The notes under the pieces are model-generated. The model did not search any database and had not been told where the DNA came from. It saw nothing but the letters and a program-made list of their open reading frames with translations. The position numbers were made by a program, and so were the translations under genes. Of a stretch of DNA of 64,000 nucleotides, positions 42,209-55,358 are shown piece after piece. Each line of letters starts with the position of its first letter. The stretch's first letter is position 1. Source of the stretch: Octopus vulgaris (taxonomy: Eukaryota); assembly GCA_951406725.2 (NCBI GenBank), contig OX597834.1, positions 43,028,001 to 43,092,000 of the forward strand, written 5' to 3'.

Positions 42209-42599
42209 TTCAAGATACGCTCATATATCCTACATTCATTCAATAAACATTTATCATTACATCTCTGTCGATGACACGTTTTGCTTTAATAGTTGACAGT
42301 TCGCAGTGATCAATGTTATCCCAGGGCATGGCATAACACATGTTCATATTACGACTCTCGTTACAAGATATTAATTGTTTCCCTGCAGATTGTGCTCCTA
42401 TTCCGACCACCCCTTCGAAGTTTGACTTATGTTCTACAAACAATAACGGATCCCCAAAGCTTGCTATTTCGGTTAGGTTTTTGGGCGATCTCAGTAATCG
42501 AAACAACATTTATGCAGTTTCAAAATATTAAATTAAACACAACTGGTATTCTGGTATTGAGCAATCTTTTATGCATCAATGTTTTGAATAATAGCAAAG

Positions 42600-42771
42600 C
42601 GCTGAGCAGGCAGAGACGGTTGTATGCCATAATATTAATACTTAGCGGCATATCGTCTATCCTTACGTTCTGATTTCAAATTCTGTCCGAGGTTGGGAAT
42701 GATAAAATAAGTACCAGCCGAGCACTTAACTCTTCCCCAAAATTCATGGCCCTGTGTCAAATTTGAAACCT
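42600..42771 (+). mobile_element. SINE group C, diverged, alternative tail
   Basis: TTACGTTCTGATTTCAAATTC...GATAAAATAAGTACCAG...CCCCAAAATT...TTTGAAACC. Confidence 0.7.
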
Positions 42772-44004
42772 ATATCATGAGCAATAGTCTTCAGGTGGCT
42801 ATCATCATAGAAAAAATGCGTTCTAAAAATAATTAGGATTTTTCTTCTTCTTCTTCTTCTTCTTCTTCTTCTTCTTCTTCTTCTTCTTCTTCTTCTTCTT
42901 CTTTTTCTTCTTGTTTATTCTTCTTCTTCTTCTTCTTCTTCCTCTTTTTCTTCTTGTTTATCTTCTTCTTCTTCTTCTTCTTCTTCTTCTTCTTCCTCCT
43001 TCTTTCTTCCTTTCTTCTTTCTCTTTTTCACTCTTTCCTTTTCTCTTCTATGCGAATGTGTGCGTATTTAAAAGAGACACATAATATATAAGAACGTGTG
43101 AAAAAAAACAACAGAAGAGACAAAGATAATATATGCACGTGAAAGACAGAGGGAAAATTAGATAAGTAGATAGAGAGAGAGAGAGTAGGAGAGAGACGGA
43201 TAGAGAGATAAAGTGAGAGAAGGGGAGAGAGATTAGGTTAGAGAAGGGGAGAGAGATAAAGAGTGAGAGAGAGAGAGAAGACAGAGTGAGAGACGGAAGA
43301 TGGAATACAGAGTTGAGATGAAAAGATATCTCACTGATATCTAAATAATATTCAGACAACGTCGTCAAAATCATTGCGTTAACTGATTGTGTGTAAATCA
43401 AATTTTATATATATTTCTCTGTTCCGTTTTCCAATTTCGATAGTATTCAACGCTCCAAAATATCAGCACTAAAATAAAGATGATATCACACAAGCTGATA
43501 TGATCATCACTTCAAAATATCATGTTATAAAACTGAAATTATGAAGTTGTCCGAGTCAATTCATATCTGATGCAATTTATATCTGTTTGAGCAAGCGTTA
43601 TCTCTTGAATCGTACATCTATGCTACTGCTATGGGTATGCTTCGGATCAAGTCGACGTTTCAGAAATATGGCCGCTCAGTATTCGGTGTTACTTTGTTAT
43701 TTCATCAAATACGATTCGTAAAAAAAGACCACAGTAGAACCTTCTAAATATGCTAAAGTTATTAGTTTTCACACACAGGTCGATCCTTGTGGGTGGGAAA
43801 AAAATTGGGATTTTAATCGTTCCAGCCATGTAAATTTCGGCTCCATAACGCAATGTGATATGATCTATTAAACCTTTACTCATTCAACATAACAAAAAAG
43901 ATGCCAAATTCAGTGAGACCGAAGAGGGTGTTCTCCTCCAGCTACATAACTGAAACCTCTCCATGTGTTTTGAAAATGATGCGCCTAATATACCTGGGAT
44001 AATA

Positions 44005-44156
44005 TAAGGGCAGTTGTTGTTCTACTAAAAGATGTATTAGTATAACGCTCAGGAATAGAAAAATTATTTTTCGTTTCAAGCCTACGCTCTTCTACAGAAA
44101 GGGACACAGAAAAAACAAGGAGAGAAAACATATGTGTAGTGGCCAACGATCTATCA
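44005..44156 (-). mobile_element. Short PLE-like repeat, family D, hammerhead relic (44066-44103)
   Basis: GATGTATTAGTATAACGCTCAGGAATAGAAAAA is identical to 31771-31803; minus strand CUUU CUGUAGA AGAGC GUAG GCUU GAAA CGAAAAA. Confidence 0.75.
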
Positions 44157-44172
44157 TATATACATATACATA

Positions 44173-44594
44173 GGCGTAGGAGTGGCTGTGTGGTAAGAAG
44201 CTTGCTTACAAACCACATGGTTCCAGGTTCAGTCCCACTGCGTGGCACCTTGGGCCAGTGTTTTCTACTATAGCCTCGGGCTGACCAAAGCCTTGTGAGT
44301 GGATTTGGTAGACGGAAACTGAAAGAAACCCGTCGTATATATGCATATATATGTATATGTATGTGTGTGTATATGTTTGTGTGTCTGTGTTTGTCCCCCA
44401 TCATCGTTTGACAACCGATGCTGGTGTGTTTACGTCCCCGTAACTTAGCGGTTCGGCAAAAGAGACCGATAAAATAAGTACTATTCTTACAAAGAATAAG
44501 TCCTAGGGTCGATTTGCTCGACTAAAGGCGGTTCTCCAGCATGGCCTCAGTCAAAGGACTGAAACAAATAAAAGAGTAAAAGAGTAAAAGAGTA
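44173..44594 (+). mobile_element. SINE group A, full-length reference copy (tRNA head, CORE-like motif, internal microsatellite, (GTAAAAGA)n tail)
   Basis: A-box TGGCTGTGTGG, B-box GGTTCAGTCCC, GTGGCACCTTGGGCCAGTG resembling the CORE-SINE motif, TA/TG tract at about 44337-44385, repeated tail. Confidence 0.95.
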
Positions 44595-45162
44595 TATACA
44601 TATACTTGCATACACTCTTACACGCAAAATAATTATAGAGAAAGACAATATAGTAAATGGAAAATCCTCAAACTTTATTTCTTTCTATTTCACAATGTAA
44701 TTAAGCGTATTTTTATGATCACGCCGACCTACACGTGTTTCTACTGAGCAGAGTATTGCCTGTTCCATAGGCAACGGGGATATTTTTCAGTGGAGCTTCA
44801 ATCAGGGTCTTTCAAGCAGGTTGTTTCGAAGCTGGTTGAAATGGTAGAGCATATATTCACATACATATATACACATATATATGTACAAATTTATGAGGGA
44901 TATATAATGGACGTAGTGGAGTAAGAACAGCATGTTCTTTGTGTATCTCCTTAACTTCTTGGAGATTTTAGGTATAATTATACTAATGTGTCTATCTGCT
45001 CTAATTTAATTAAATTCTATGTCTTTGTGCAGCTGAAGATTTCTCTGCATTTTAAATTGATGTAATGTAATGATTGCATTGTTCAATTAAATGGAGTTGC
45101 ATGAAACGATCGTACTGCATTAACTCTGGATATACTCGTTGTTTATTTTGATACTTATATAC

Positions 45163-45200
<38 letters not shown>

Positions 45201-45312
45201 GCGTGTGTGTGCATGGGCACATTTATTTACGAACATGTTATCGTGTTCTCAACGACACAGTACTTAATAAATTGTTTCAGAATTTTAATTTCATGAAATT
45301 CACAGAGACATA

Positions 45313-45362
<50 letters not shown>

Positions 45363-45418
45363 GAGAGACAGACAGTGAGAGAGAGAGAGAGAAAGAGAGG
45401 AGAGACAGACAGACAGTA

Positions 45419-45452
<34 letters not shown>

Positions 45453-46143
45453 CGTGAGAGAGAGCATCAACACCTAATAAGGATTGGTTAGGTGATGCTT
45501 CAATGAAGCCACAATACCGTCAGTATGCTCCATGATATTTACATATGTTCATATATACCTGTATACACACATACCTACACACACACAAACATACATGCAT
45601 ATATATATACATATGTATACTTATATATGTATATATATATATATATGCATGTATGTATGTGTATGAGTGCGTTTGTAACGCTTGTAGCGTTGAAGACTGA
45701 AGAGACAGTAGGAAAGTATTTAACGAGAACAATAGAATTTAATTAACTAAAACATACGAACGACTAATATTGCAAAGACAATAGGGAATGGATGGCATCG
45801 CGTGGTGGTAATTTCGCAGTATATCAATGGAGCTGTTATGAGTTCAAATAAAACCATTGTCAGTTGCAATTGTAAATTCAATAAGAAGGAAATAACCGGA
45901 ATAACATACGTGTTATTGCTGAGGAGAATACTATGTACAAAATAGTGCAAAGTTCTATTATATATATATGTGTGTGTGTGTGTGTATGTGTGTGTGTATG
46001 TGTGTGTGTGTATGTATGTGTGTGTGTGCCTGTGTCTATGTATATACATACACATATCTATATACATAGTTATGTGTATATATATAAATATGCATATAAA
46101 TAAATGTATACAAGTATATATATTTATATATATACACATACAC

Positions 46144-46175
<32 letters not shown>

Positions 46176-46393
46176 GCATACATATATATGCATGTTTGTA
46201 TACATACATGCGCACACACATATAGTAGGGGATATAGTAGATAGAATGGTATATGTATCTATGTGTGTATACATATATTCATATAGAGATATGTACGCAC
46301 GTACATAATATATATCTACAATATCTATATCTATCTATCTATCTATATATATATATATATAGTATATATATGTATATATACGTGCATATATAT

Positions 46394-46457
<64 letters not shown>

Positions 46458-46458
46458 T

Positions 46459-46489
<31 letters not shown>

Positions 46490-47293
46490 CATATGAGTAT
46501 GAAAGTAGATTACAATTTACTATTGAATAAAACCATTTTTATATCTGTATAGCGATCGCTTTCAAGTTATAATTTTATTAAACGCGCACATATATTTGCA
46601 TACATGTATACGTACGTACGTACATACATAATTACATACATAGAAGCCTACGTACATGTATACAAACATAAATACACACACATATATGAATAATGAAGGA
46701 GATGCGCTTGTTAATTTGCATTCACGTAGGAAACATGCCCAAGGCTGTATTGTACCCATTGTATACTTTCTCAGAAGAACATAAGTTGTTAATTGCAATA
46801 ATTTACATACGTTTTGCTTCTAATGCTTCGTAATTGCATTTCGAATTTATTCAGCAAAATCTATTTCTACATGAAATTTAAGTTTAGTTCACTATTATAA
46901 TGTATTTTTAGGTTATGTTATTTTTTTTTTGTTTAATTCTATTGATAATATTTACTGTTGCAATGTTGTTTTGTTTAGTTTTGTTTTATGTAATTTTTAA
47001 TAATATCTATATAGAAATATTTCTATGGAACAAAGAAAAATATATGAAAATAACCTCAAAACATTAAACATCAAATGCGAAAGAAGAAATAATTATTATA
47101 AAGAGTTTCAGAAAGTTTTAACTGTTAATGTAATTAAATTTCTAAACGGAAAAAGAAATGAAGTCCCTACTACATACATATCTGTCTAATCATATGGAAA
47201 AGAAAAAGAACATTCTAGTCTACATACCTATCTATTTATCTAAGTGTCTATGTCTGTCTCTCTCACTCACTCACTCACTCTCTCCATTTCTGT

Positions 47294-47376
<83 letters not shown>

Positions 47377-47450
47377 TATCAATACCTCTTTCCTCTTTAC
47401 ATACACAAACACACACATGCACGCATATATGTATGTATATATACATACAT

Positions 47451-47668
47451 ACTGCCTTTAGTCGAGCAAATAGTCACACAAACATATACACACATATACC
47501 TATATATATATATACATATCTACGACGGGCTTCTTTCAGTTTCCTTTTACTAGATCCACTCACAAGGCTTTGGTCGGTCCGAGGCTATAGTAGAAGACAC
47601 TTGCCCAAGGTTCCATGCAGTAGGACTGAACCCGGAACCATGTATTTCATAAGCAAGCTACTTAGCAC
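47451..47668 (-). mobile_element. SINE group A, internally deleted
   Basis: GCCTTTAGTCGAGCAAAT is joined directly to the microsatellite and 5' half. Confidence 0.88.
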
Positions 47669-48033
47669 TTTTCCAAAGACAGCGTGTTTCTTTTCTGTAT
47701 GTTACACCTGATACATTTGGAGTTGTAGATCTCCAATATAGGTTATTTTGCGAGGCAGACAGAGATATAATCGTTGTGTTTATGAGACCTAATCCCTGTT
47801 CTGGGGCCATAAACTGTAGCCGGATGTGTACCATATCACATCGTAGCCTCTTAACGTATTAACGATACATTGTATAATCTAATCTGGAAACGAAATGGTG
47901 TTTCGTTCCCAGCTAGAAAGCAATTGATGGTAAGAGGACGTTGGTAAGACCTCTTGTATTTCAGTGGGAATATGTGAATGTAATGTTTTTAGACGTATCC
48001 TTCGTAAGGAGTTATATAAATGGATATATAATG

Positions 48034-48116
<83 letters not shown>

Positions 48117-48229
48117 TGGAGCAGAGAAAATAAGAGACAGAGTTTGAGAAAAAGAGAGATAAAACCAAGCCGGAGGAAATTACGAGCGAAGATATTGTTT
48201 TGGAGAAACAAGTTTACGTGGATGTAAAC

Positions 48230-48995
48230 ATATGAGGGTCAGCTGAAATGTTCATCGGCTGATTATGAAGGGCTGACACCAGAGCTGTGGAATTTTGCGT
48301 ACATTAATTTCAACTCGTCAAATAAATTACATCATCGTTTCGTTACTAGTAAACTGATATCTGACTCTTGAGAGGAGACTTCAGCAGTAGCTACTAGGAA
48401 CTTCTCTTGAAAATGTACAGAATTTGGCACCATGGTGTTATTATGTACCTGGAGAAAAAGGATTTATCCTGCTCTCCTTGCAAGGACATTCAGTCCAGAA
48501 TGGTTGCTATATTAGGGAATGACGTGAACGGCTGAATTTAGGAGGGGAATGGAGAGTATTGAAGTGGTCGAATACTGTACGTCCTGCAACTGCCATCGCC
48601 GAGAAAACATTGATGATGTACACCATATCGTGTGGGATGAATAGACGACTGACAACATATCAGATAGCCAATGCTGTTAACTTATTCCTTGAGAGAGTTG
48701 AGAGTATTCTGCGCAATGAAATAGACATGACAAAGGTTTCTGCTCGGTGGGTGCCATTTATTCTGACTAGACTGATCACATAAGGGGGATAATCTGATAC
48801 TATTTCTATCAGATCCAACTGGATGAGTGTTGGAGTCATCACGTGGGGCCAGAGACAAAGCAACAACTCATGCATTGAAAACACAATCTTTGGTATGCTC
48901 CAAAGAAGACCAAAGTCTTTTCTTTTGTAGGGCAGGTGATGGCCTCAGGTTTTTTAAGGCATTGTGCTTTTGGCTATCTTTAAAAGGAACACATC
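48230..48995 (+). mobile_element. Mariner transposon fossil, 5' half
   Basis: TIR-like TATGAGGGTCAGCTGAAA; translation NRRLTTYQIANAV...ILRNEIDMTKVSARWVP, DECWSHH..PETKQQLMH*KH...PKKTK...GQVMASGF. Confidence 0.9.
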
Positions 48996-49103
48996 ATCAA
49001 TTTAATATAATATAATATAATATGATATAATATAATAAATATATGCCTATATACATACATACATGTACGTACCTACATATATATGTATATATACATTCAT
49101 ATA

Positions 49104-49425
49104 TGGATACAGGACATCAAGAAAACGCCAAAAAAATGACAAAAGAGAACATAAAAAGCAAAAACATAGAAAACGAACTTTTTTCGAACAACAGAAGAAA
49201 CGAATAGAGAAACGAGACAGGCAACATAAAGACCATTCTCATCAGAAGTTGTCCCCTGTTTTATCTACTCTGCGTTTCGATGGTAAGGACAAGAGGCGAC
49301 TTCGTTAAAACAGTCCTTCTCGCAAAGCAAATTAAATAAAATCTGGGAATTTTTGCGGAGGGTTAAAGTGGTAACAAAGACAGGACAGTAAGAAGAAAAC
49401 AGTAATAACAAACGGTGAGGGCTGT
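49104..49425 (-). mobile_element. Probable PLE-like short repeat relic in TA-rich tract
   Basis: Discrete A-rich block between TA-rich tracts; minus strand has a decayed UUAACGA...UCGAAACGCAGAGUA segment. Confidence 0.35.
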
Positions 49426-49428
49426 TAA

Positions 49429-49466
<38 letters not shown>

Positions 49467-49516
49467 TTGTACGTATGTATGTATGATGTATATATATGTA
49501 TATGTGTACGTCTATA

Positions 49517-49588
49517 CATACACATGCACACCATCAGTCACAGACACCCATACACATGCACACCATCAGTCACAGACACCCATACACA
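49517..49588. repeat. 32-bp tandem duplication
   Basis: CATACACATGCACACCATCAGTCACAGACACC x2. Confidence 0.9.
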
Positions 49589-50186
49589 TATTCCTTCATG
49601 ATCGTTCGCCGATCCTTCGACGATCCATAACATAGAGGGAACACATCTGTATGCAATTTACTAAGTTACTATATTTTATAAACGGAGAACGGGCTATGAA
49701 CACAAAATACCATGAATATTACGCACCGTACCCAGGGTACAGGACATCAAGTATCTACCAGAACATCAAGTATCAGGGTATCAAGTATATACCAGAAATA
49801 TCGAATCCCCAAAGAGACAAAATATTTGCAACGAAATTTTGCACCATATTTATTTATTTTCATCAAACCCTTCCGAGATGTTTTCTTCCGCACATAAGAT
49901 TAAAAAAAAAAAATTTGAGAAGGAAGGTGTAATTGAATTATACTCCCACCCGCAAATTAACTTTGCCTAGTTGTGTCTCGAAGCGCCTAAAAGTAATAAG
50001 AGACATGTTTAGATTTTAATATCCGATATCTGATCCTTTAATGAAGGTGAATCACAGATCTGGAATTCCTTTCTTTTCTTTTGTTCATTAAAAAAAAAAA
50101 TGGATTAATTGCTGCTGGCATCATTGTTGATTGAATTGATATTGTGTTTATAAGAATGACAAAGCACCGCTCGTTCACCCTTCTTA

Positions 50187-50226
<40 letters not shown>

Positions 50227-50228
50227 AT

Positions 50229-50284
<56 letters not shown>

Positions 50285-50393
50285 CCATCCTCTTCTTCTT
50301 CTTCTTCTTCCCCCCTCCTCCTCCTCCTCCTCCTCCTTCTTCACATGCAAGTCAGTCACCAAAATATTGTTGGTAATGTTGCAGTGACAATAC

Positions 50394-50432
<39 letters not shown>

Positions 50433-50538
50433 GAGAGGGATAGATTGACTGATAGTTGAATAGAAACATATATAAAATATTGGACATTCTATGTATGTTA
50501 CGTTATCATTGTTATTACTAACATTATTATTTCTACTT

Positions 50539-50582
<44 letters not shown>

Positions 50583-50789
50583 GTGCTGCTGCTGCTGTTG
50601 TTGTTCACTCTTTTTATTCGTTTGTTTTATTATGCAAAACTACGTGCGTCCCCATTGTTTTATTTTTTCTATTCAATTTTTAGAAAACACTGAAGCTTGT
50701 CTTTGAAAATTCCGGGGTGGATTGCAGCTTATTTTGTGCCCATTCCTGAATATATTTATATAGAAATATATATTTCCCCTTTCTAACGG

Positions 50790-50960
50790 AACTGCTGCCG
50801 TTGAGCGACCGCTCCTGCTCTGAAAATAGCACGTGACTTGCCTTGGCCAATAACAGCCCATTTTCCCGCAGCCATCTTGGACTTTCTTTATATCTCCATT
50901 CGGCAATCTAGGCCTGAAAAAGACGACCTCCTGTTAGGGGACTGCGACGCTTTAAATCGT
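50790..50960. promoter_or_regulatory. Candidate promoter/enhancer module (E-box, CCAAT, YY1-like)
   Basis: Relatively GC-rich unique island with CACGTGAC (50830-50837), CCAAT (50847-50851), GCCCATTTT and GCAGCCATCTTG (about 50868-50879) within 50 bp. Confidence 0.4.
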
Positions 50961-50976
50961 AGGAATCAAATCTGTT

Positions 50977-51011
<35 letters not shown>

Positions 51012-51014
<3 letters not shown>

Positions 51015-51300
51015 TTTATTAAAAAGCAGCAAAAACATTACAAAAACTGTTACTCAGAATTTCACGCTTCCGTTCGTCGGACAGTTTTGTTTAGAATGGA
51101 GCAAGATAAAGTTATATGCAGAAATGCGATTACTTTGACTGATACACATTTGAAAATGGTTTTGTTTCATTGGTCCTTTCAACTAACGGTCTTTTCAATA
51201 ACCGGTTGCATGAAATAACAAACTGCGGTTTATTACTCTACCTCTGGTATTCGAGTACTATTTTAGCCACCTTGTTTCGCATTTATGTTCTTACTCTGGT
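51012..51300 (-). mobile_element. Short PLE-like repeat, family F, with hammerhead fold
   Basis: Discrete block bounded by (TA)n on both sides; contains the fold at 51041-51090. Confidence 0.6.
51041..51090 (-). ncRNA. Type-I hammerhead-like motif with CCGACGA core
   Basis: AAAACUGU CCGACGA ACG(GAAG)CGU GAAA UUC U GAG UA ACAGUUUU: 8-bp stem I, 3-bp stem II, near-palindromic stem III, GUA site. Confidence 0.65.
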
Positions 51301-51358
51301 ATATATATAGAGAGAGAAGGAAAGAGAAAGGTAGATAGATAGATAGATAGATAGAAAC

Positions 51359-51405
<47 letters not shown>

Positions 51406-52610
51406 TACCAGTTAGCGAGAAAATGTGTCTGTTTATTTCATAACAAGTGAAATAATGACACCGTGGAATATAGCGTCCTTCGTGTTATCTCCCCTGTTCT
51501 ACAACTTGCTAATTTCGAAGGAAAAACATAAGTAAATAACAGATAAATAAATAAAAATTTGGGCACTGCGTTCGGTGCATTACCATTGACAATAATTATC
51601 AGGATTCATGACAGTGACCTTATTTCTCTGAACTGACAGAGACACACACGTAAATGCACTCCAGCGTGCACACACACATGCACGCTCTCACACACACAGA
51701 CAAACAATCACACGCACACACACACATATGTACGCAAATATTATATTATATTTACATTACCGAATGCGTGCGTAGACACGCATCTACACATATTTAGCTG
51801 TTCGCATACGCAAGCACACCTAAATAAATGTATATTTAAGACATATCGCCAAATATGTGTATAACAGAGATTTATAGATTTGTACTAACGAAACAAAAAA
51901 AGAAATCAGCATAGCCAAGACCCACCTCCACCACCTCCACCACTACGAAAAAATATATACATTTCAATACATTTCTGTAAAAAAATAAACACACCCGCAC
52001 AAACACAAAGACTTTCAATATGGAATGGTAATAAAATTCCTCTTAATATAGATATTATAAAGCTGAATCAATTAATGGTATTTTTAAATGAAACAGACGC
52101 TGCACTCACTAATCTCATTTCATCGTCGTCTTCGTCTCCATTTATTTATTTATTTATTTATTTGTTGTCGGTGCATTTTTTATCCTCTCTTGATTCAGTT
52201 TTTGTCGTTTGTTTCATTGTTTTGCAAGTCTAATTGAAAACGTATATGTCATAATATTTTATGATGCAGTAGCACATTGCCAAAGAATGCCAACTTTTCT
52301 AGCTTCTCCATTCCAGTTTTTTTATTTTTTTTTTGCCATAATGTATCGCAGAACACAGACGAATTCTCACACATACACGCATATGCATTATCAAAAGCGC
52401 TTACAGACGATCGTCACCAGACGTACACTTACGAACGTGTTATTTTCTCTTCTACAATATATATATCACTGTCAATTAAGAGAAAAAATATCAAGAAGAG
52501 CTAAAGCAAAAAAACATGGTAAAACACAACAATATCCGCAAAAAAATACTTCCCTCGCTACACAAAAAAATATATTATATTAAATACTCCCCAAAGCCCC
52601 CTTATGTATG

Positions 52611-52669
<59 letters not shown>

Positions 52670-52859
52670 GTAAGTGTATGTACATATTCACATATATATG
52701 TATATATGTATCTATATATGTGTGTGTGTATAGATTATGCATATATATGTATATATGATATGTATGTATGTGAATGCAAATATGTATGTACTACATATAT
52801 AAATAAATGTATATACATATATATTTATATGAACATGTATCTGTGTTTATGTATATATG

Positions 52860-52890
<31 letters not shown>

Positions 52891-52958
52891 ATGTATATAT
52901 ATATATATTCACATATATATGTATGTTTGTGTATGCAAATATATATGTACTATATATG

Positions 52959-53037
<79 letters not shown>

Positions 53038-53632
53038 AGAAACATAGATACACTAGTTGTTTTTTTCAGTCCCCACTAACCTGGCAAAATAGGAAAACAA
53101 GAATTCTTTGATGTGTTAGTAATGTCGCTATGACAAAAGAATATTATTGAAATACAGAGAAAGAAAAAAAAAATATATCAATAAATAAATAATAAAAAAG
53201 GAAACATATTAAAAAGGAGCAAATAAAAAAGTATTAACGAAAAAATATATAAAAAATGAGATACAATGCTCTACAATAATAGTATAAAAATTGTGTTAGT
53301 AATAACAATATAAGTAGAGGTACGCATGGAACTGTAGAAAGCTGATGACAATAATAGTGATAACGATAGCAATAATGATAATAATGATTATAATAACAGT
53401 AGGGATGATAATGTTAACAATGATTTATAATAGTAAGGAAAGCACAAATATAATAACAGGAATCGGAGAAGTAAAAGTACAAATATAGATTATAATAAAC
53501 GGAAGACATCAAACGTACTCTATTTAAACGTGATATTAAGATCGGTTTTGCTCAATAAATATCAATGTTGCATACTACAACATTATTATCACTTATACAC
53601 AAACACACAGGCACACACACATATGTATATAA

Positions 53633-53689
<57 letters not shown>

Positions 53690-53760
53690 TACATACATAC
53701 ATACATAGATACATAGATAGATACATACATAGATAGACAGATAGATAGATATACATATAA

Positions 53761-53799
<39 letters not shown>

Positions 53800-53828
53800 T
53801 CTATGTACATATATATATTGTGTATTTT

Positions 53829-53861
<33 letters not shown>

Positions 53862-54439
53862 GCATTCATATATATATACATGTACATACATATATCTATA
53901 TTCATATATATTCATGTATATATGTATATATACTTCTATATACATATACATATATATATATATATATGTGTATGTGTGTGTGTGTGTGTCAATGTGAGGG
54001 GTGAGAGTGAGTATGTGTGTATGTACAACGTAAACACAATCGCACGTATTTTGTTCCTGCGTTTATATATTTGATTGTTATTTTATCTCAGTGGATACGC
54101 TTGTATGGAGATACGTATGCATATACACACACAAGATTATATGCATACATTAGTTAGGTTGTAATTTGTGATATCCACCAGATGATTGAATGGAAATATC
54201 CGTCTGTGCGTTTATCTTCGCATTTCGATGCAATTATTGCATATAATATTTGTACCAGATATTTCATACGATATATTCAAACAATCTGCAACTCTTAATT
54301 ACCAAATATTTATGTGCTATACAATATAATTGTGTTGTACACAGACGTCCGTACAAACGTCCACCCCCACCCACCCCCCGGTACATATGTGTATACATGC
54401 TGTTACATATATATTGACATATTCTTTTGTGTATGTATG

Positions 54440-54487
<48 letters not shown>

Positions 54488-54530
54488 AAGAAAGAGGGAG
54501 CGATAGCTAAATAGATACATACATATATAC

Positions 54531-54589
<59 letters not shown>

Positions 54590-54641
54590 TATGTATATAT
54601 AAATATATATATATGTGTGTGTGTGTGTGTGTACGCAATGC

Positions 54642-54912
54642 TATTACCAGTTCAAACATACTTGTGGCACGTTCGAACACGTAAAAAAGGCATTCTCTGC
54701 GTTTTGCCATAGAGAAAATTTCTTGCTGTTGTACAACGGCGTAGATACACGTAAATCAGCTTACAATGCCACCTAGCCAGACTATGAGCTGACTTAGGTG
54801 CATTTACACCAGTTCTTTATTGCGAGAAATTTTCTTCTGGACAAAAGAAAGTGAATGCCTGCTTATGGGTTCAAATGGCAAATGGGCCACGCACATATCT
54901 GCACTGGTAATA
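54642..54912. mobile_element. Palindromic MITE (about 125-bp imperfect arms)
   Basis: TATTACCAGT / ACTGGTAATA termini; AGGCATTC..GAAAATTTCT pairs with AGAAATTTTC..GAATGCCT; GGCGTAGATACACGTAAATCAGCT pairs with AGCTGACTTAGGTGCATTTACACC. Confidence 0.75.
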
Positions 54913-54953
54913 ACTTTACATTTATACACATCACGGCTTAGCGCACTCACTCC

Positions 54954-55037
<84 letters not shown>

Positions 55038-55171
55038 AATATATATTTGTAATAGAGATATGTTACAAAAGGAAAATAGAAAAGAAAAAGAAAACATCAA
55101 CGACCAATTTTCCACGAAATCCAAGGGCACAGGCTTACGTAAATAGCACCACCGGGCACCCAACTAGAAAT

Positions 55172-55358
55172 TAGTTTCAAATTGTAGTACAAGGCCAGCA
55201 ACTTTGGGGAAGGTGTCTAGTCGATGACATCAACTCCAGTGCTCAACTGTTACTTTATTATATATCGACCCATAAAGCATGAAATGCAAAGGTGACCTCG
55301 GCGAAAGTTGAACTCAGAGCGTGAAGACGTACGAAACACTGCTAAGCATTTTGCCTCC
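55172..55358 (-). mobile_element. SINE group C, diverged, alternative tail
   Basis: TTTCAAATT..ACAAGGCCAGCAACTTTGGGGAAG...GACCTCGGCGAAAGTTGAACTCAGAGCGT. Confidence 0.8.
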
